Shown: positions 10,683 through 22,071, numbered from the stretch's first letter. The stretch is DNA of 64,000 bases from Terriglobia bacterium (GCA_965198225.1 CBDAOY010000007.1:352001-416000), one strand, 5' to 3'. Made by a program: numbers and translations. Notes: generated from the sequence alone by a model not told the origin.

Positions 10683-11084
10683 ATGCTTTACTCTTTGTTG
10701 ATCAGCTACACGCTGGCGATAGCCGCTCTTACGTTTGCCGGAGCTGGGGAGCAAACACCATCGCCATTGGATATCGTGAACCAGCGGATGCGCGCGTACA
10801 ACGAGCATGATTTGGACGCTTTCCTGAGCACCTATGCTGAAGAGGTAGAAGTATTCACCTATCCCGATAAGTCCCTGGGAAAAGGCAAGAGGCACCTCGA
10901 GCAACTGTTTTCACCTATGTTCAGGAAGGCTTCCATGCACGTTGAGATACATCATCAAATCACAAAGGATAGCTACGTAATTAATCATGAAACAGTGGTG
11001 GACGGGAACGAAGAGACCGAGTACGTGTCTATCTATGAAGTCCGGAATGGTTTGATCAGAAGCGTCCGATTCGTCAGGGACTGA
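10683..11084 (+). CDS. secreted NTF2/SnoaL-like family protein
   Basis: GGAGG RBS; signal peptide; AYNEHDLDAFLSTYAEEV and IYEVRNGLIRSVRF motifs. Confidence 0.88.
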   Translation: MLYSLLISYTLAIAALTFAGAGEQTPSPLDIVNQRMRAYNEHDLDAFLSTYAEEVEVFTYPDKSLGKGKRHLEQLFSPMFRKASMHVEIHHQITKDSYVINHETVVDGNEETEYVSIYEVRNGLIRSVRFVRD

Positions 11085-11524
11085 GCAGCGGAGACCTGAC
11101 CGCAACCTGCGGCTCCGGGCGCGATGGACCCTCCTCCTCTGTCGCTTGCTGCATATAGTTCAACCAGACAGTGCACTGGGGCTGTTCGTTTCCGAACCTC
11201 GACGGTCGGCGCCCGGAATTCCGAATCGTTGGGAATTTTGATGCATACTTCATTCGGAGCGGAACAGATCCCTCGGAGCTCTAAGCCGACCTCCTGGTAA
11301 TCTCGCTCGCTGGCGGGGCCTGCGTTTTAGTCCGCTCCCGCAGCTCACACCGGAGGAAATGAGTCTGGTGGCCCTGAGCCCTTCCGAGAGAGTACGGTAC
11401 GCAGGCGAGTATGGGCGGCTCGCCCAACACTGCCTTCAGTTCGGCGAATCCAGGCTGGTAGGAGAAATCGAAGCAATTCAGCGTGTTTTGCTGGAGGCTT
11501 GAACGCTGGCACGGCTGAGGACAA

Positions 11525-12571
11525 TTGTCGAGATTACAGCCTACAGAACCTGCAATACTGCTCTACGGACGAACGCTCAGAGGTCTGGAGGATCTGGCGT
11601 GCGACGAACTGTCGGAAAGGTTCGGAGCGAGCATTCGTTCTACCGGCCACCGCGAGATCTTCTTCTCTGTCAGTCGTCCAGAGGCGCTCGCAAACGCCGG
11701 TCTCCTGGATGACGTCTTCATTCTCTGTGGACAAATCGAGGACATAGACCAAACTAGAGAGGCACTTAGAACGCTCAGCTATCGCTCACTCCAACATCTT
11801 GAGGCAGTCCGTCAAGCTATCGCGACAAGAGCCGTCCGGGCAGCTTCAATGAAAGTCGTGGCGAGCTTTCTTGGAAGGCGGAACTATAATCGTTATGAGA
11901 TTGAGGCTGCCGTCGGTGCCCCTCTTGCCCGACAGCTGAAGGTGGACCTTGTCGAGGGATCGGAAGAGGAAGCCGATTGCGTGCTTCGGATTCATCTTCG
12001 CGACCACACAGCGATTCTAGCGCTCAGACTGTTCCAGAAGCCTTTGCGGCAACGGTCATACAAGACTGTGCATTTGCCGGGCGCTACCCCTCCACAGGTT
12101 GGCAGGGCTCTTGCAACTCTGGCGAGTTTGGGTCCTGACGTGCGGGTTCTTGACCCTTATTGTGGAACAGCTACGGTGCTCATCGAAGCGGGCTTGCTTC
12201 AGCCGTCGGCGTTCTTGGTGGGTGTCGATGTTTCGAACGACTCGTTGCTTGGCTCGAAGGTCAATGCGTCGGCAGCGGAAGTCCATGTTTCATTGTGCAG
12301 GATGTCAGCAGTGGCACTTGGATTCGCCGACCGTTCGTTCGACGTGATCGCTGGGAATCTTCCGTGGGGGCGGCAGGTTCATCATGAAGGCGAGCAGAGA
12401 ATTGCCTGGACCGAATTGCACCGCGTACTGCGTCCCGAGGGACGAGCAATCTTTGTTGTGCACGAGGCCGATGGGCGCTATCCACGGTTCGAGGTGGAGG
12501 GTAAGCGCGAACTTCGACTCTACGGCCAGACCTCGTGGATCGTCACTCTTCGGCCTTCCAGACGAGAATGA
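11525..12571 (+). CDS. THUMP-like domain plus SAM-dependent RNA methyltransferase (Trm14/RlmL-like)
   Basis: TLRGLEDLA N-terminus; LDPYCGTATVLIE SAM motif; GNLPWG (NPPY-like) motif. Start codon (TTG) uncertain. Confidence 0.8.
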   Translation: MSRLQPTEPAILLYGRTLRGLEDLACDELSERFGASIRSTGHREIFFSVSRPEALANAGLLDDVFILCGQIEDIDQTREALRTLSYRSLQHLEAVRQAIATRAVRAASMKVVASFLGRRNYNRYEIEAAVGAPLARQLKVDLVEGSEEEADCVLRIHLRDHTAILALRLFQKPLRQRSYKTVHLPGATPPQVGRALATLASLGPDVRVLDPYCGTATVLIEAGLLQPSAFLVGVDVSNDSLLGSKVNASAAEVHVSLCRMSAVALGFADRSFDVIAGNLPWGRQVHHEGEQRIAWTELHRVLRPEGRAIFVVHEADGRYPRFEVEGKRELRLYGQTSWIVTLRPSRRE

Positions 12572-12589
12572 ACGCACTACCGACGTCGC

Positions 12590-12930
12590 CACCGCTGGAG
12601 ATAACCGTCACAAGCGTGTTGGTGGCCCTGAGAAAGGTGTCTGAGACATCGTTGCTGCCGTGGTGCGGTGATTTGGCGATATCGACCTGAAGGGTCGGTC
12701 TTGTTTTCGAGACGATGGCATCGTGCTCGTCGTCGGTTTCTGGATGAGGCAAATCCATCGCTGCTGAGATGTCCGCGTCTGTCTTGCTGGCTAGATCATC
12801 GATGCTGTAATAGTTCAACAACCGATTTTGAGAGGCCCTATTCAAATCGCCGCCGAGCAGGAAGCTGATTTTGTTGTAGTGAAATCGCAGCAAGACAGAA
12901 TGGCCGTTCTTGGTTTCCGACAGCGGGAGG
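12590..12930 (-). pseudogene. internal fragment of a ComEC/Rec2-type metallo-beta-lactamase-fold hydrolase
   Basis: KNGHSVLLRFHYNKISFLLGGDLN..VDIAKSPHHGS..VTVISSG with no N- or C-terminal part. Boundaries approximate. Confidence 0.7.
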
Positions 12931-12982
12931 AATCTGCCCACGGGATGGCTGAGGTGGACAACTTTGCCGCAACCAGCACCTG

Positions 12983-13963
12983 GTGCGCCCCATCGGGAGG
13001 CTGGTGGAGGGCGCCTTGAACGTCGAGCGCGGGGTGCTGGATCGGGACGTCGAGGTGAACTCACGCGACGAGGTGGAGTCCCTGGCAACTACGTTCAACG
13101 AGATGATGGGGGGGCTGCGCCGGAAGCGGGTACTCGAAGAGTCCTTCGGCCGCTACGTCGATCCCCGGGTCGTCAAGGTCCTGCTCGAACATCAGGGAGG
13201 AGCAGGTAGTCGCAGGCAACAGGTGACGGTGTTGTTCTCCGACATCGCCGGGTTCAGCTCGATCAGCGAGCTGTTGACGCCTGAGCGTCTGGTCACGCTC
13301 ATCAATCGATATCTCACCCTAGCCGCGGCTCCAATCCGCGCCAGCGACGGGATGATTGACAGGTATATTGGCGACGCCGTCGTGGCGTTCTGGGGACAAC
13401 CGTTGGTCAAAGATACCGAACAGTGCAGGCTGGCCTGTGAGGCAGCCTTCGATCAAATGACCCAGTTGGTCAAACTTCGACGGATGCTTCCCGACATCGT
13501 GGGCATCCGCAAGGGTTTGCCCCAACTCGATGTTCGAATCGGGCTGGCCACGGGTGAAGGCCTCGTCGGAAATGTCGGAACCCAACATTCCCGCTCCTAC
13601 ACTATGCTCGGCTCCGTCGTGGAGATTGCAGGGATGCTCGAAGAGGCCAACAAGCGATATGGAACGCGAATTCTGATGACGGATGAGACGATGCGGATGG
13701 CCGGGACAGCCATCGTGACGCGCCAGATCGATACCCTGACCCTCGGCGCGGGGGGAGGCTCGGTTCCCGTCCACGAACTCGTAGCGTTTGCCGGTGACGT
13801 CGAAGCGGACGAGCTGGAATTGTGCGCGTCTTTCCGAAGTGGACTCGAACACTACCGAGAGGGTGACCGGGTCGCGGCCCGACGCGCATTTGAGACGTGT
13901 CTCACTCTCGACCCGGCCGACGGACCGTCGCACTATTATATCGATCGGTTGCGACGGGCCTGA
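12983..13963 (+). CDS. HAMP plus class III adenylate/guanylate cyclase with TPR-like tail, probably 5'-truncated
   Basis: HAMP (RPIGRL..DEVESLATTFNEM), VLFSDIAGFS, YIGDAVVAFWG, RIGLATG. Begins at the HAMP domain with no sensor or TM region. Confidence 0.8.
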   Translation: MRPIGRLVEGALNVERGVLDRDVEVNSRDEVESLATTFNEMMGGLRRKRVLEESFGRYVDPRVVKVLLEHQGGAGSRRQQVTVLFSDIAGFSSISELLTPERLVTLINRYLTLAAAPIRASDGMIDRYIGDAVVAFWGQPLVKDTEQCRLACEAAFDQMTQLVKLRRMLPDIVGIRKGLPQLDVRIGLATGEGLVGNVGTQHSRSYTMLGSVVEIAGMLEEANKRYGTRILMTDETMRMAGTAIVTRQIDTLTLGAGGGSVPVHELVAFAGDVEADELELCASFRSGLEHYREGDRVAARRAFETCLTLDPADGPSHYYIDRLRRA

Positions 13964-14018
13964 TCGACTCTGGCCGGGCTGGCAGCCTGTGGTGGAACTC
14001 TTTCACTACCTCACGGTC

Positions 14019-17000
14019 TTATCTCTGCACCTCTGACGTAATGGGGGAACATGTTCCGAGCAATCCCGCTCTTACTCTCAATCCCGGGGACTGGTAGCCA
14101 TCACCGTTGCGGTCGACGAAGACGGGGTTGGTGAAGGCGATGACCGGGTTGACAAAGATGTCAGGGTCCAGTTCTTCAGGCAGCTGCACACCAGTCGGCA
14201 CGATGAACTGCATCGTTTCGAGCAGTTGGGGCGAGACCGAATTACCCGCTTCATCGTGCGTCATACCCGTTTCGACCGTCAGGTAGCTGTCGCCTGCAAC
14301 GCCGTCCAGTTCCACGACGCCGAGAAAGCGGAGCGTCTTGCCCAGCACCGAGTCGGGGGAGACGGTCAAGGTCTTGACCAGGCAGCCGTTCTGGAAAATC
14401 CGAACCTGTTCAACAGGAATCCACGGCGGGGCTTCGACTCGGATTTGCACTGTGACCACCTCGCTGGTCGCAGTGATGGTATCGCCGATCGTGTTGAAAT
14501 AGGGGTCCAACGGCTCATCGCCTCCGGTGTCGCCGACAAGGCCAAAGTAGATCATCGGTCCAGTCGTGCCGACCGCCCGCATCGACCTCAGGTTGTCGAT
14601 GAGCTCCTGTTTTTCCATGGTCAGCGAATCCTCGCTGTTGTGGAAAACGTAGGTGCGGCCGATCCCGGGGGTTTCAATCACCACACGGTGCGAATCCGAG
14701 TTGGCCACACCGGTCCTATGGATGCCCTGATCGAGCAGACTGAACCAATCCCGACGTACCTCCAGATAACTTTTCATGTCCCAAGTGTTGATCAGTTCCA
14801 TCGCATCGAAGGAAAGGCCGTCGGTTCCAGTCCCTTTGCTACCTACGTTCACCTTGTTGTAGAGCGACGGCAACTTCAGGAGGTTGTTGGGGTATTCGGT
14901 GATCGGTGCCTCGGGGATGGTTGAGCACCACGATCTCGTCGTGGTCGTGGTCCGGCAGCCCTTCGCCAGGAGTGCCGGGTTGATCGGCCTGGATCGCAGC
15001 CAGCCACTGGTCCAGCGTCGCCGTACCGGGATCTGCATGGACGTGCGGTAACGAGTTGAGACCCCGCATGCGATCGATCGCCGTCCCCGGGGTGATGAAC
15101 TCGTCCTGGATGGCGCCGTTGCGGCGAGCCCCGGGGATCACCGGCACCGGCCAGGCGCCCCAGTGGGCGATGCCCGACGGAAAATCTTCGGCGGTCCAGC
15201 CGTTGCCGGCCGGCACCGGAAAGCGCGAGGTCAGCTCCATGCCGGTGATCGAGCGGATCTCGTGCCCGAGGTTGAGGTCGGTGATGATCGGAGAGTAGTC
15301 GGTGACGTAGTCGTGATCGGTACCGACCATGATCTCGATCCCCGCCGCCGCGAAGGCGAGGACCCGGCTGCTCATCGGAGACGAGGCGTCGAAGCTCTTG
15401 ACACCGTGGACGTGCGCGTCCATCGAGGCCACGTGGGCGCTCCTTACCACGGCGCTGATTTCGAGCTCGAGCAGGGTGGTCTGTCCCGCGGCGATGGTGA
15501 TTTCGGCAGAGTCGATGGTGTAGTCGAGACCACGGGAAGCGTAAACTTTGTAAGTCCCAGGCTTGATCTTGAGGCGTCCCTCGCCGTCAGCATCCACCGT
15601 GACGTTCAGCGCCGGCGTGTTGCCGAAGGTCTCAGCCAGATAACTGCTGCTGTCGCCGTGCAACGGATTGATACCCGGGTCGTCGCGCAAGCTCAGGTAC
15701 TGGCTTCCGAAGTCGGGATTGGCGGTCCCGTTGGTGCCGTAGATGCCCAGCTTGACCGGCGTCTCCATCCGCTGGCCGTTGCTCAACAGGCGGAGGACCT
15801 TGAAATCGAGCGTGCCGGTATCGGTGACCGTGAAGTCCCCCAGCGCCACCGGGCCGCCGGCCACCGACGCCGGGTCGACGGTGAACGGACCGATGTCGAG
15901 CGTCTCGCGCTCCGGTGCCTTGACGCTCGCCACATAAACCGAGGGCGTGGTGGCGGGATCGGCCAGCGCCGGCAGAGCGACCTGGAAGCGGCCGTTGGCG
16001 CCGGTGACCGTGTGGGTCACAGGAAGCTTCGAACCTTCGGTGATGTTCAGGATTGCGGGATACGCCGGGCTCCCCGGCGTCGTGTTGTCGAAGAAGACGT
16101 GGGCGTCCGGAACCGGGTTGCCCATGCCGTCGACGACCCGGCCCTCGAAGGTGGCGTTGCCATGCGGGTAGATGTCATCAATCATGAGGCGAAGGCACGC
16201 GTCGACGGTGTTTTCCTCCGCCACCACGAGCCGGCGCTGGTAGACGAGAGACTCCCCGCTGGCCAGCATGGGTACGTCATTGACATCGCCGGACTCCAGG
16301 GTGTCGAGGTCGAAGTATCGGCCGGGCGCGCCCGCCTGTACGATCGCCCAGCCAACCATCGGCGCCCTCGGATTCACCGACATATAGCCATAGCAGACTT
16401 CACCTGCCGGGGTGCCATCGTTGTTGGTGGGACCGTCTTCAGGATCGTTGGTTCCCGGCAGCACCAGGTAGTCCTAAACTCTGGGCAGGGTGTGGCGTGG
16501 CGGCACGGGCTTGGCGCCCAGGCCGGGAAACGGCTGGAAGGCCAGCCGGCCCTTGGCGACCGAGACGTCGAAGTCCGTGATGGTAAAGGCCGGCACTGTG
16601 GTGCTGCCGTCGTTTGTCACCTTGGTTTCGATGTCGATCCAGGAGTTGCCGTAGGTGAGGCTGTAGGTCGTCGCCACCTGGAGCGAGGGGAATACCTTGC
16701 CGTAGTTGAGCGCGGCTTGGCCGAAAACCGTGATGGAGGCTGTGGCCCCGTCATTGCGGAACACCGGATCGCCGAAGTACTCGACCAGGTTCTGATTGAA
16801 GCCCGGGTTCGGACCTCCCCCGAGTCCCCCTGCTGTGAACTCCATGTTCAAGACCTGATGGAGCTCGTCGAACTGGTCGTTGCGGTCGCCGCGCGTTCCG
16901 ACATCGATCAGGACCCCCCGCGACGGGAGGTTTCCTGGGCTGAAAGGGATGCCGAAATCGGTCGAGGCGCCGATGGCCAGAATCGCCGCTTCGACCTTGT

Positions 17001-19509
17001 CGTTGCGCAAGAGGTAGTCGCCCACTCCGCCGTCGAAGTCGGTTCCTCCCATCTTCTCGATGTCCTGAAGTGTCAAAAGACGTGCCTCGGCGTTCGCAGG
17101 ATTCACATCGACACCAGAAAGGGAATCCGGACCGAAATCGACGATGGTGACAGACATCAGACCGGGGTGGAATGGCGATCGACTTGATTGGATCCCCAAC
17201 GTCCCATTAAAAGCGGCACCTCCAAGGTCGGGAAACAACTCGTCGATGAAGGCCGCATAGTGCTCGAGGGGCGCCAGATCTACCACCGCGGACCCGATGG
17301 TTGCGCCGGTCGTGTCGCGAAGCGTGAATACGATGCGGCTGCTCTCGACGCCGAGCACCGCAACGGCAGCTCTCCGTCCGTTGCCGATCGAAATGTTGGC
17401 CGTCGCCGAGCGAGTTGTAGTCGGCGAGATGGCGCCAAAGGAAGCGAAGCCAGGGTGCATGTAGGTGACCTGGGTGTCAACTGCACCATCGGAATCGATC
17501 CGCGCAAAGCCGTTCGTCAGCGTGCCCTGGTTGTGGGTATTCAGCGTCACGGAGCCTGAAGGTGGAATCCAGAACGGTATCGTCGGGTCGATGATGTCTT
17601 CCGGGGAGGCTGTCGCTGTGGTGTCGAAGAACTTCGCGATGCCCTCAACCGACCGCGTCGATGAAGGGTTGCTGATGGTTACCGAAGTGATCCAACCTCC
17701 CCCACCGGCAGTCTGGGAAATGAAGCTGTTGGATTGGAGGAGCTGCCCCCGCATCATTCCAGCAGGTTTCAATGTCGTGTGCAGGTTCACGTAGAAGCCC
17801 GTCGCGGCGTCGACGATTCCGGCGAGCGCCTGGAGTGCCGCCGAGTCCGTTTGCGAAACGTCCACCTTCCGGACAACGTTGCCGGTTCCGGTGTCGCTGA
17901 CGACACTGGTGACACCGGAGTTGACCACCACCGGCCCGTTTCGTCCGGCATTAGCGCTGTGGATGTGAAGTCCCGTAATGGTCGTCGCCTCACCGATCGT
18001 GAAATCGACGTCAAAATTGACCGAGCCCGACGTGATCGCACCGTTTCCATCCCTCTTGACGAGGACACTCGTCCAGGCGGTTCCGGTTGCCCTCGACCCG
18101 CCTGGTGGGACCTCATTCTGCGGGGTAAGAGAGTTACTGAACTGATAAGTTTCGTAGCCCATCTGGGAGCGGACGACACCAGCCGGGTTGGAAGCCGAGT
18201 GTAAGTTCACGTAGTAGCGTTCCGGTGCCACGAACAGGCCGTTCAACGTCTCGATACCAATGCTATCGACTGTGCCGATCGTCGCTTCGCGGTTGATCGT
18301 TCCGGCACCGTCGACGTCGACAATCGTGTCCTCACCCCCGATACCGCTGCTGATCCGCACGGATCCGGTTGCGCCAATGAGGGCGTCATGAATGTGGAGT
18401 CCCGTAAAGGTAGTCGAGCCCGGGAAACTATAGTCCAGGTCAAATGCCACACTGCCACTGTCGATGTTGCCGGCACCGTTCCGCGTAACGGTCGCGGTGA
18501 TCAAGCCCTGTGCCGTACCCGTTGTCGTCACCGCCGGCACTTCCTCATCGCCGGTCAGGTGAGTGAAGAAACTCAAGGAATTCCGATCCAGCTGGCCCCG
18601 AATGGCTCCCGACGGGTTATCGGTTGTGTGGAGATTGACGTAGAATTGGCCGGGATTCGAGATAATCGAGTTCAAAGTCGCCAGCCCGTCGGTGTCTGTG
18701 GGACTAATCGTGGCCACTCTGAAGATGCTGCCCTGCCCGTCGCTGTCGACTATCGGACCCGTAGAATTGACGCCGCTGTCGATCACAACCGGGCCATTAC
18801 TTCCAGTGGCCGCATTGTGAACGTGTAGGCCTGTGACCGTGACATTTCCAGCGAATCTGTAGCCGACATCGAAAATAACGATTCCCGAAGTAATCGTTCC
18901 CACCTTATCTCGATGGACCTGGACTGTAATCTTCGCCGCACCTTCGGCGTCCAGTCCGACAATTGCGGGCACCTCGTTTCCAGGAAGTAACGCCGGGCTG
19001 AAAGAAATGACGTTCGGCCGGAGCTGAGCGCGGACGACACCAGAAGGATTGTCGGTCGAGTGCAAGTTGACGTAGTAGAGGTCCGGCGACGCAAGCAGCC
19101 CTTCCACCGATCGAAGCTGCTCGGAGTCGAGGCTGTTGAAATCGATCGTTCTCGTGATGCGCCCACTCGTCCCTGTTACCGAATCTGACAGCCGCAGGCC
19201 GCTGTCGATTACAACCGAGCCATTGATCGCGACCGGCGCATTGTGGATATGGAGGCCGGTGAACGTCGTCGATTGCGGCATCACATAATCCAACTCGAAT
19301 GTCACCGTCGCCGCGTCGATGGATCCTCGCTCGTCGCGGCTCACCCGCACGGTAATGGTCGCGTCGGCGCTTGCACCTGCAAAGGAGACTGCCGGTACTT
19401 CGTTTTCCGGTAAGAGTCGAACGCGAAAGACATTTGTGTCGCTTGCTTCGACTGTTAGATGGGAACCGAACAAAAGAGCCAGTGCGACGAATCCGATCAC
19501 TCTTCTCAT
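14019..19509 (-). pseudogene. disrupted giant secreted protein: 4 CHRD domains, acidobacterial module, beta-sandwich region and CehA/McbA-like PHP metallohydrolase
   Basis: Three track ORFs join into one gene: in-frame TAG at 16474-16476 (..PRV*DYLVLPG..) and a frameshift near 14910 (NHPRG | APITEYPNN). Four NEVP..LHIH..YVNLH..G..RxQ CHRD units. PHP motifs DAHVH, TDHD, GMELT, NHPR, ANSDSH. Confidence 0.8.
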
Positions 19510-19705
19510 TTTCGTTCTTCTTTCTTGCTCTGTGAGCAAGGTTACCCAACCAATCGTCCGTAACGATTACTGGGCTGGTGTATTCGCTTTACGCTAGGTG
19601 GGGCAATAACTCTCGGATGTTATTGGGAGCTCGGGACCGAGTCAAGGACTAAGGGGCAAGAGGGCGCAACGTGATCGGAGTGGAGGGGAGAAGAAGGCTT
19701 GACCG

Positions 19706-19739
19706 GCGTGAGATTGGGACGTGCGTGAGATTGGGACGT
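19706..19739. repeat. perfect 17-bp tandem duplication in a divergent intergenic region
   Basis: GCGTGAGATTGGGACGT at 19706-19722 and again at 19723-19739. Confidence 0.85.
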
Positions 19740-19872
19740 TATTCTGATAGTCGTATAATCTACCGGGAGCGGCGCAACCGCTAGGTGACCGACGCCGGCC
19801 TGCTCCGAGACCGCGTGCCGCGATTCGACCTGTGTCGCGCCGCGCGCGGAATCACAACTAAACGGAGGCCCC

Positions 19873-20250
19873 ATGAGCACTGATCAACAACCATTGCACG
19901 TCTCCAAGTGCACGGCGCGAGGTCTGTGGCAGGAGTACCGCATATTCGACGACCGAGTCGAGCTGCTGACCCACTTTGGTACGATGACCGTACCCTTCGA
20001 CGAAATCGAACGCGCCGAAGTGCAGGATTCCGACATCAAAGGCTGGGGCAAGCAGGGGCAGTTGCATCTGAGGAACTTCCGCCCCGCCCTCAAGATCGAT
20101 TGGGCAAACTTTCACGAGCACGTCGTGCTCGACAAGACCGGGGGGCTGCTGCACCGCGTCAAGTTCACCCCGGACGATCCGGCGGCGTTCGTCGCGGCGC
20201 TGGATGCCGCCGTCCAGGAGCACCGCGCAGGTACGGGCCGGACTGGATGA
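19873..20250 (+). CDS. hypothetical protein, PH-like domain
   Basis: GGAGG RBS; YRIFDDRVEL..TVPFDEIERAE..FTPDDPAAFVAAL resembles bacterial PH domains. Confidence 0.75.
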   Translation: MSTDQQPLHVSKCTARGLWQEYRIFDDRVELLTHFGTMTVPFDEIERAEVQDSDIKGWGKQGQLHLRNFRPALKIDWANFHEHVVLDKTGGLLHRVKFTPDDPAAFVAALDAAVQEHRAGTGRTG

Positions 20251-20283
20251 ACTTCGACACTAAACGCGAGTGGCGAACGATGG

Positions 20284-22071
20284 CTATCGCCCCGCTCCCG
20301 GCTCGCGCACGGTAAAACCCAGCATCATGCCCGCCTCCAGGTGCTCGGCGATGTGGCAGTGCATCATCCAGTCGCCGGGGTTGGACATGTCGACCAGGTA
20401 CTGGACGGTCGTTCCGACAGGCACGATGGCGGTGTCCTTCCAGACGAGGTTCTGGTTGGGGACGCCGTCGATGTTCAGGACCAGGAATCGCTGGCCGTGG
20501 ATGTGGACGGGATGATTCATCGGGTGAATCGTCTCGGGATCGTTGAACAGCTCGATCTTGACGACGTCGCCCACCTCGAACTCCCAGTCGATGTCCATGT
20601 TCTCGCGGCCCGTCTCGGTGTCGAGCATGGTCCAGTGCACCTGCTCGGCGCTCGACAGCCAGTTCATCATCGGCATCGCGTCGTTCCACTCCATGGGCGG
20701 CGCGTAGAGCCCGGCCTCGAACTCCATGGCGCGCACGATCTCGAGCGGCAGGTTCTCGATGTCCAGCGTAAGCTCGAGCCGCTGGTCGACCGGCCGATCG
20801 AAGTACTGGCGGTAGTCGTCGATGTCGGAGGAGACGTCGACGTTTTCGCGCAGGGTGTCGAAGGTGGCGGCGTGGTCGTCTGAAGTCGCGTCGTCGGCGA
20901 CCACGACCGTGCCCAGCAGATCGGTGTGTGGATAGAACTCGCCGCGAAAATCGTCGATCGCCTGAATGGAGTTGGTGACGGGTACGTCGCCCGCCTCGTC
21001 GAAGCGCACCTCGACGATGTAGCGCTCCGCAGGCGCGATCACGACGGATTCGACCCACTCCTCGCGCTCGTACTTGCTCACGTCGGAGCCTACGATCTTG
21101 ATCGGCGCCCCACCGAACACGACGTTGAACGTTCGGGTGTTGGCGACGTTGGTCAGGTAGAACCGCACGACGTCGCCTCTGGCTACGTCCAGCGTGTAGT
21201 CGGTGGTGCCGTTGACCAGCATCACGTTGCCGAACCGGCCCATCAGGGCATGGGTGGCGGCTTGCTCGCCGTAGGGGATCGGCCCGAGGTCGTCCATCAG
21301 CAGGTCATCGAGAATCAACGCCTCCTCGTGGTTGACCGGGCTGTAGTAGGCCGGCTCCGGCGCCCCGACGAGCAGGTTCCCGTACAGGCCGAGATCCTGC
21401 TGGATGTCCTCGCGCATGTGTGGGTGATACCAGTAGATCCCGGAGTCGCGGAAGAAGATCTCATACCGGAACGACTCCCCGTAGGCGACCGGCGCCTGGG
21501 TCACGTTCGGGACGCCATCGAAGCGGTTGTCCAGCCGGATCCCGTGCCAGTGCACGGTCGTGGGATCCGGGATCTCGTTGTGGAAGTTGACGACGATCGT
21601 GGCGCCGCGGGGCGCCCGGATGAGCGGCCCGGGATACATCCCGTTGTAGCCGAACATCACGAGCATCTTGCCGTTGATCGTTCGCCGCACCAGCGACGCC
21701 CGGATGTCCATCTCGTCGCCGTCGTCCATGTCGACGATCGCGGCAGGCACCGCCTCGGGCAGCGTCATCAGGTCGAGGTCCCCTCCCGGGAGGAACGGAT
21801 CGACGATCGGGTTCGTGCCTATCAGACCGGGCAGCATCGGCATCGGTCGATCCATGGGCGGCATGCGCCAGGCGGCCGGATCGGACCCCATCATGTGATC
21901 CATGCCCTCGTGATCCATGCCCGGCATCTGCATGCCTGGCATCTGCGATGCCGGTGGGGTTTGCTGGGGTAGGGAAGACTGGCCCGAGAGCCCCGCTGTG
22001 AGCAGCGTGACTCCGGCAATCAGGGAGAGGAATGCACCGAGGCTACCGCTCCGCCGGCCGGGTGTCGTCAT
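20284..22071 (-). CDS. secreted multicopper oxidase with Met-rich N-terminal segment
   Basis: HWHG, WYHPH, HPVHIHG and HCHIAEHLEAGMM copper motifs; MPGMQMPGMDHEGMDHMM; ATGA overlap with the upstream gene. Confidence 0.95.
   Translation of the reverse strand: MTTPGRRSGSLGAFLSLIAGVTLLTAGLSGQSSLPQQTPPASQMPGMQMPGMDHEGMDHMMGSDPAAWRMPPMDRPMPMLPGLIGTNPIVDPFLPGGDLDLMTLPEAVPAAIVDMDDGDEMDIRASLVRRTINGKMLVMFGYNGMYPGPLIRAPRGATIVVNFHNEIPDPTTVHWHGIRLDNRFDGVPNVTQAPVAYGESFRYEIFFRDSGIYWYHPHMREDIQQDLGLYGNLLVGAPEPAYYSPVNHEEALILDDLLMDDLGPIPYGEQAATHALMGRFGNVMLVNGTTDYTLDVARGDVVRFYLTNVANTRTFNVVFGGAPIKIVGSDVSKYEREEWVESVVIAPAERYIVEVRFDEAGDVPVTNSIQAIDDFRGEFYPHTDLLGTVVVADDATSDDHAATFDTLRENVDVSSDIDDYRQYFDRPVDQRLELTLDIENLPLEIVRAMEFEAGLYAPPMEWNDAMPMMNWLSSAEQVHWTMLDTETGRENMDIDWEFEVGDVVKIELFNDPETIHPMNHPVHIHGQRFLVLNIDGVPNQNLVWKDTAIVPVGTTVQYLVDMSNPGDWMMHCHIAEHLEAGMMLGFTVREPGAGR

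Noticed and set aside
16474-16476. Pyrrolysine recoding of the in-frame TAG
   Set aside because: No pyl genes are seen, TAG is an ordinary stop in many genes here, and the gene has a separate frameshift.
15163-17187. 674-aa + strand ORF (and other long ORFs such as 638-1420 +, 40552-42045 -, 61538-62878 -, 47983-49035 +)
   Set aside because: Antisense shadows of well-supported genes in GC-rich DNA, with no motifs of their own.
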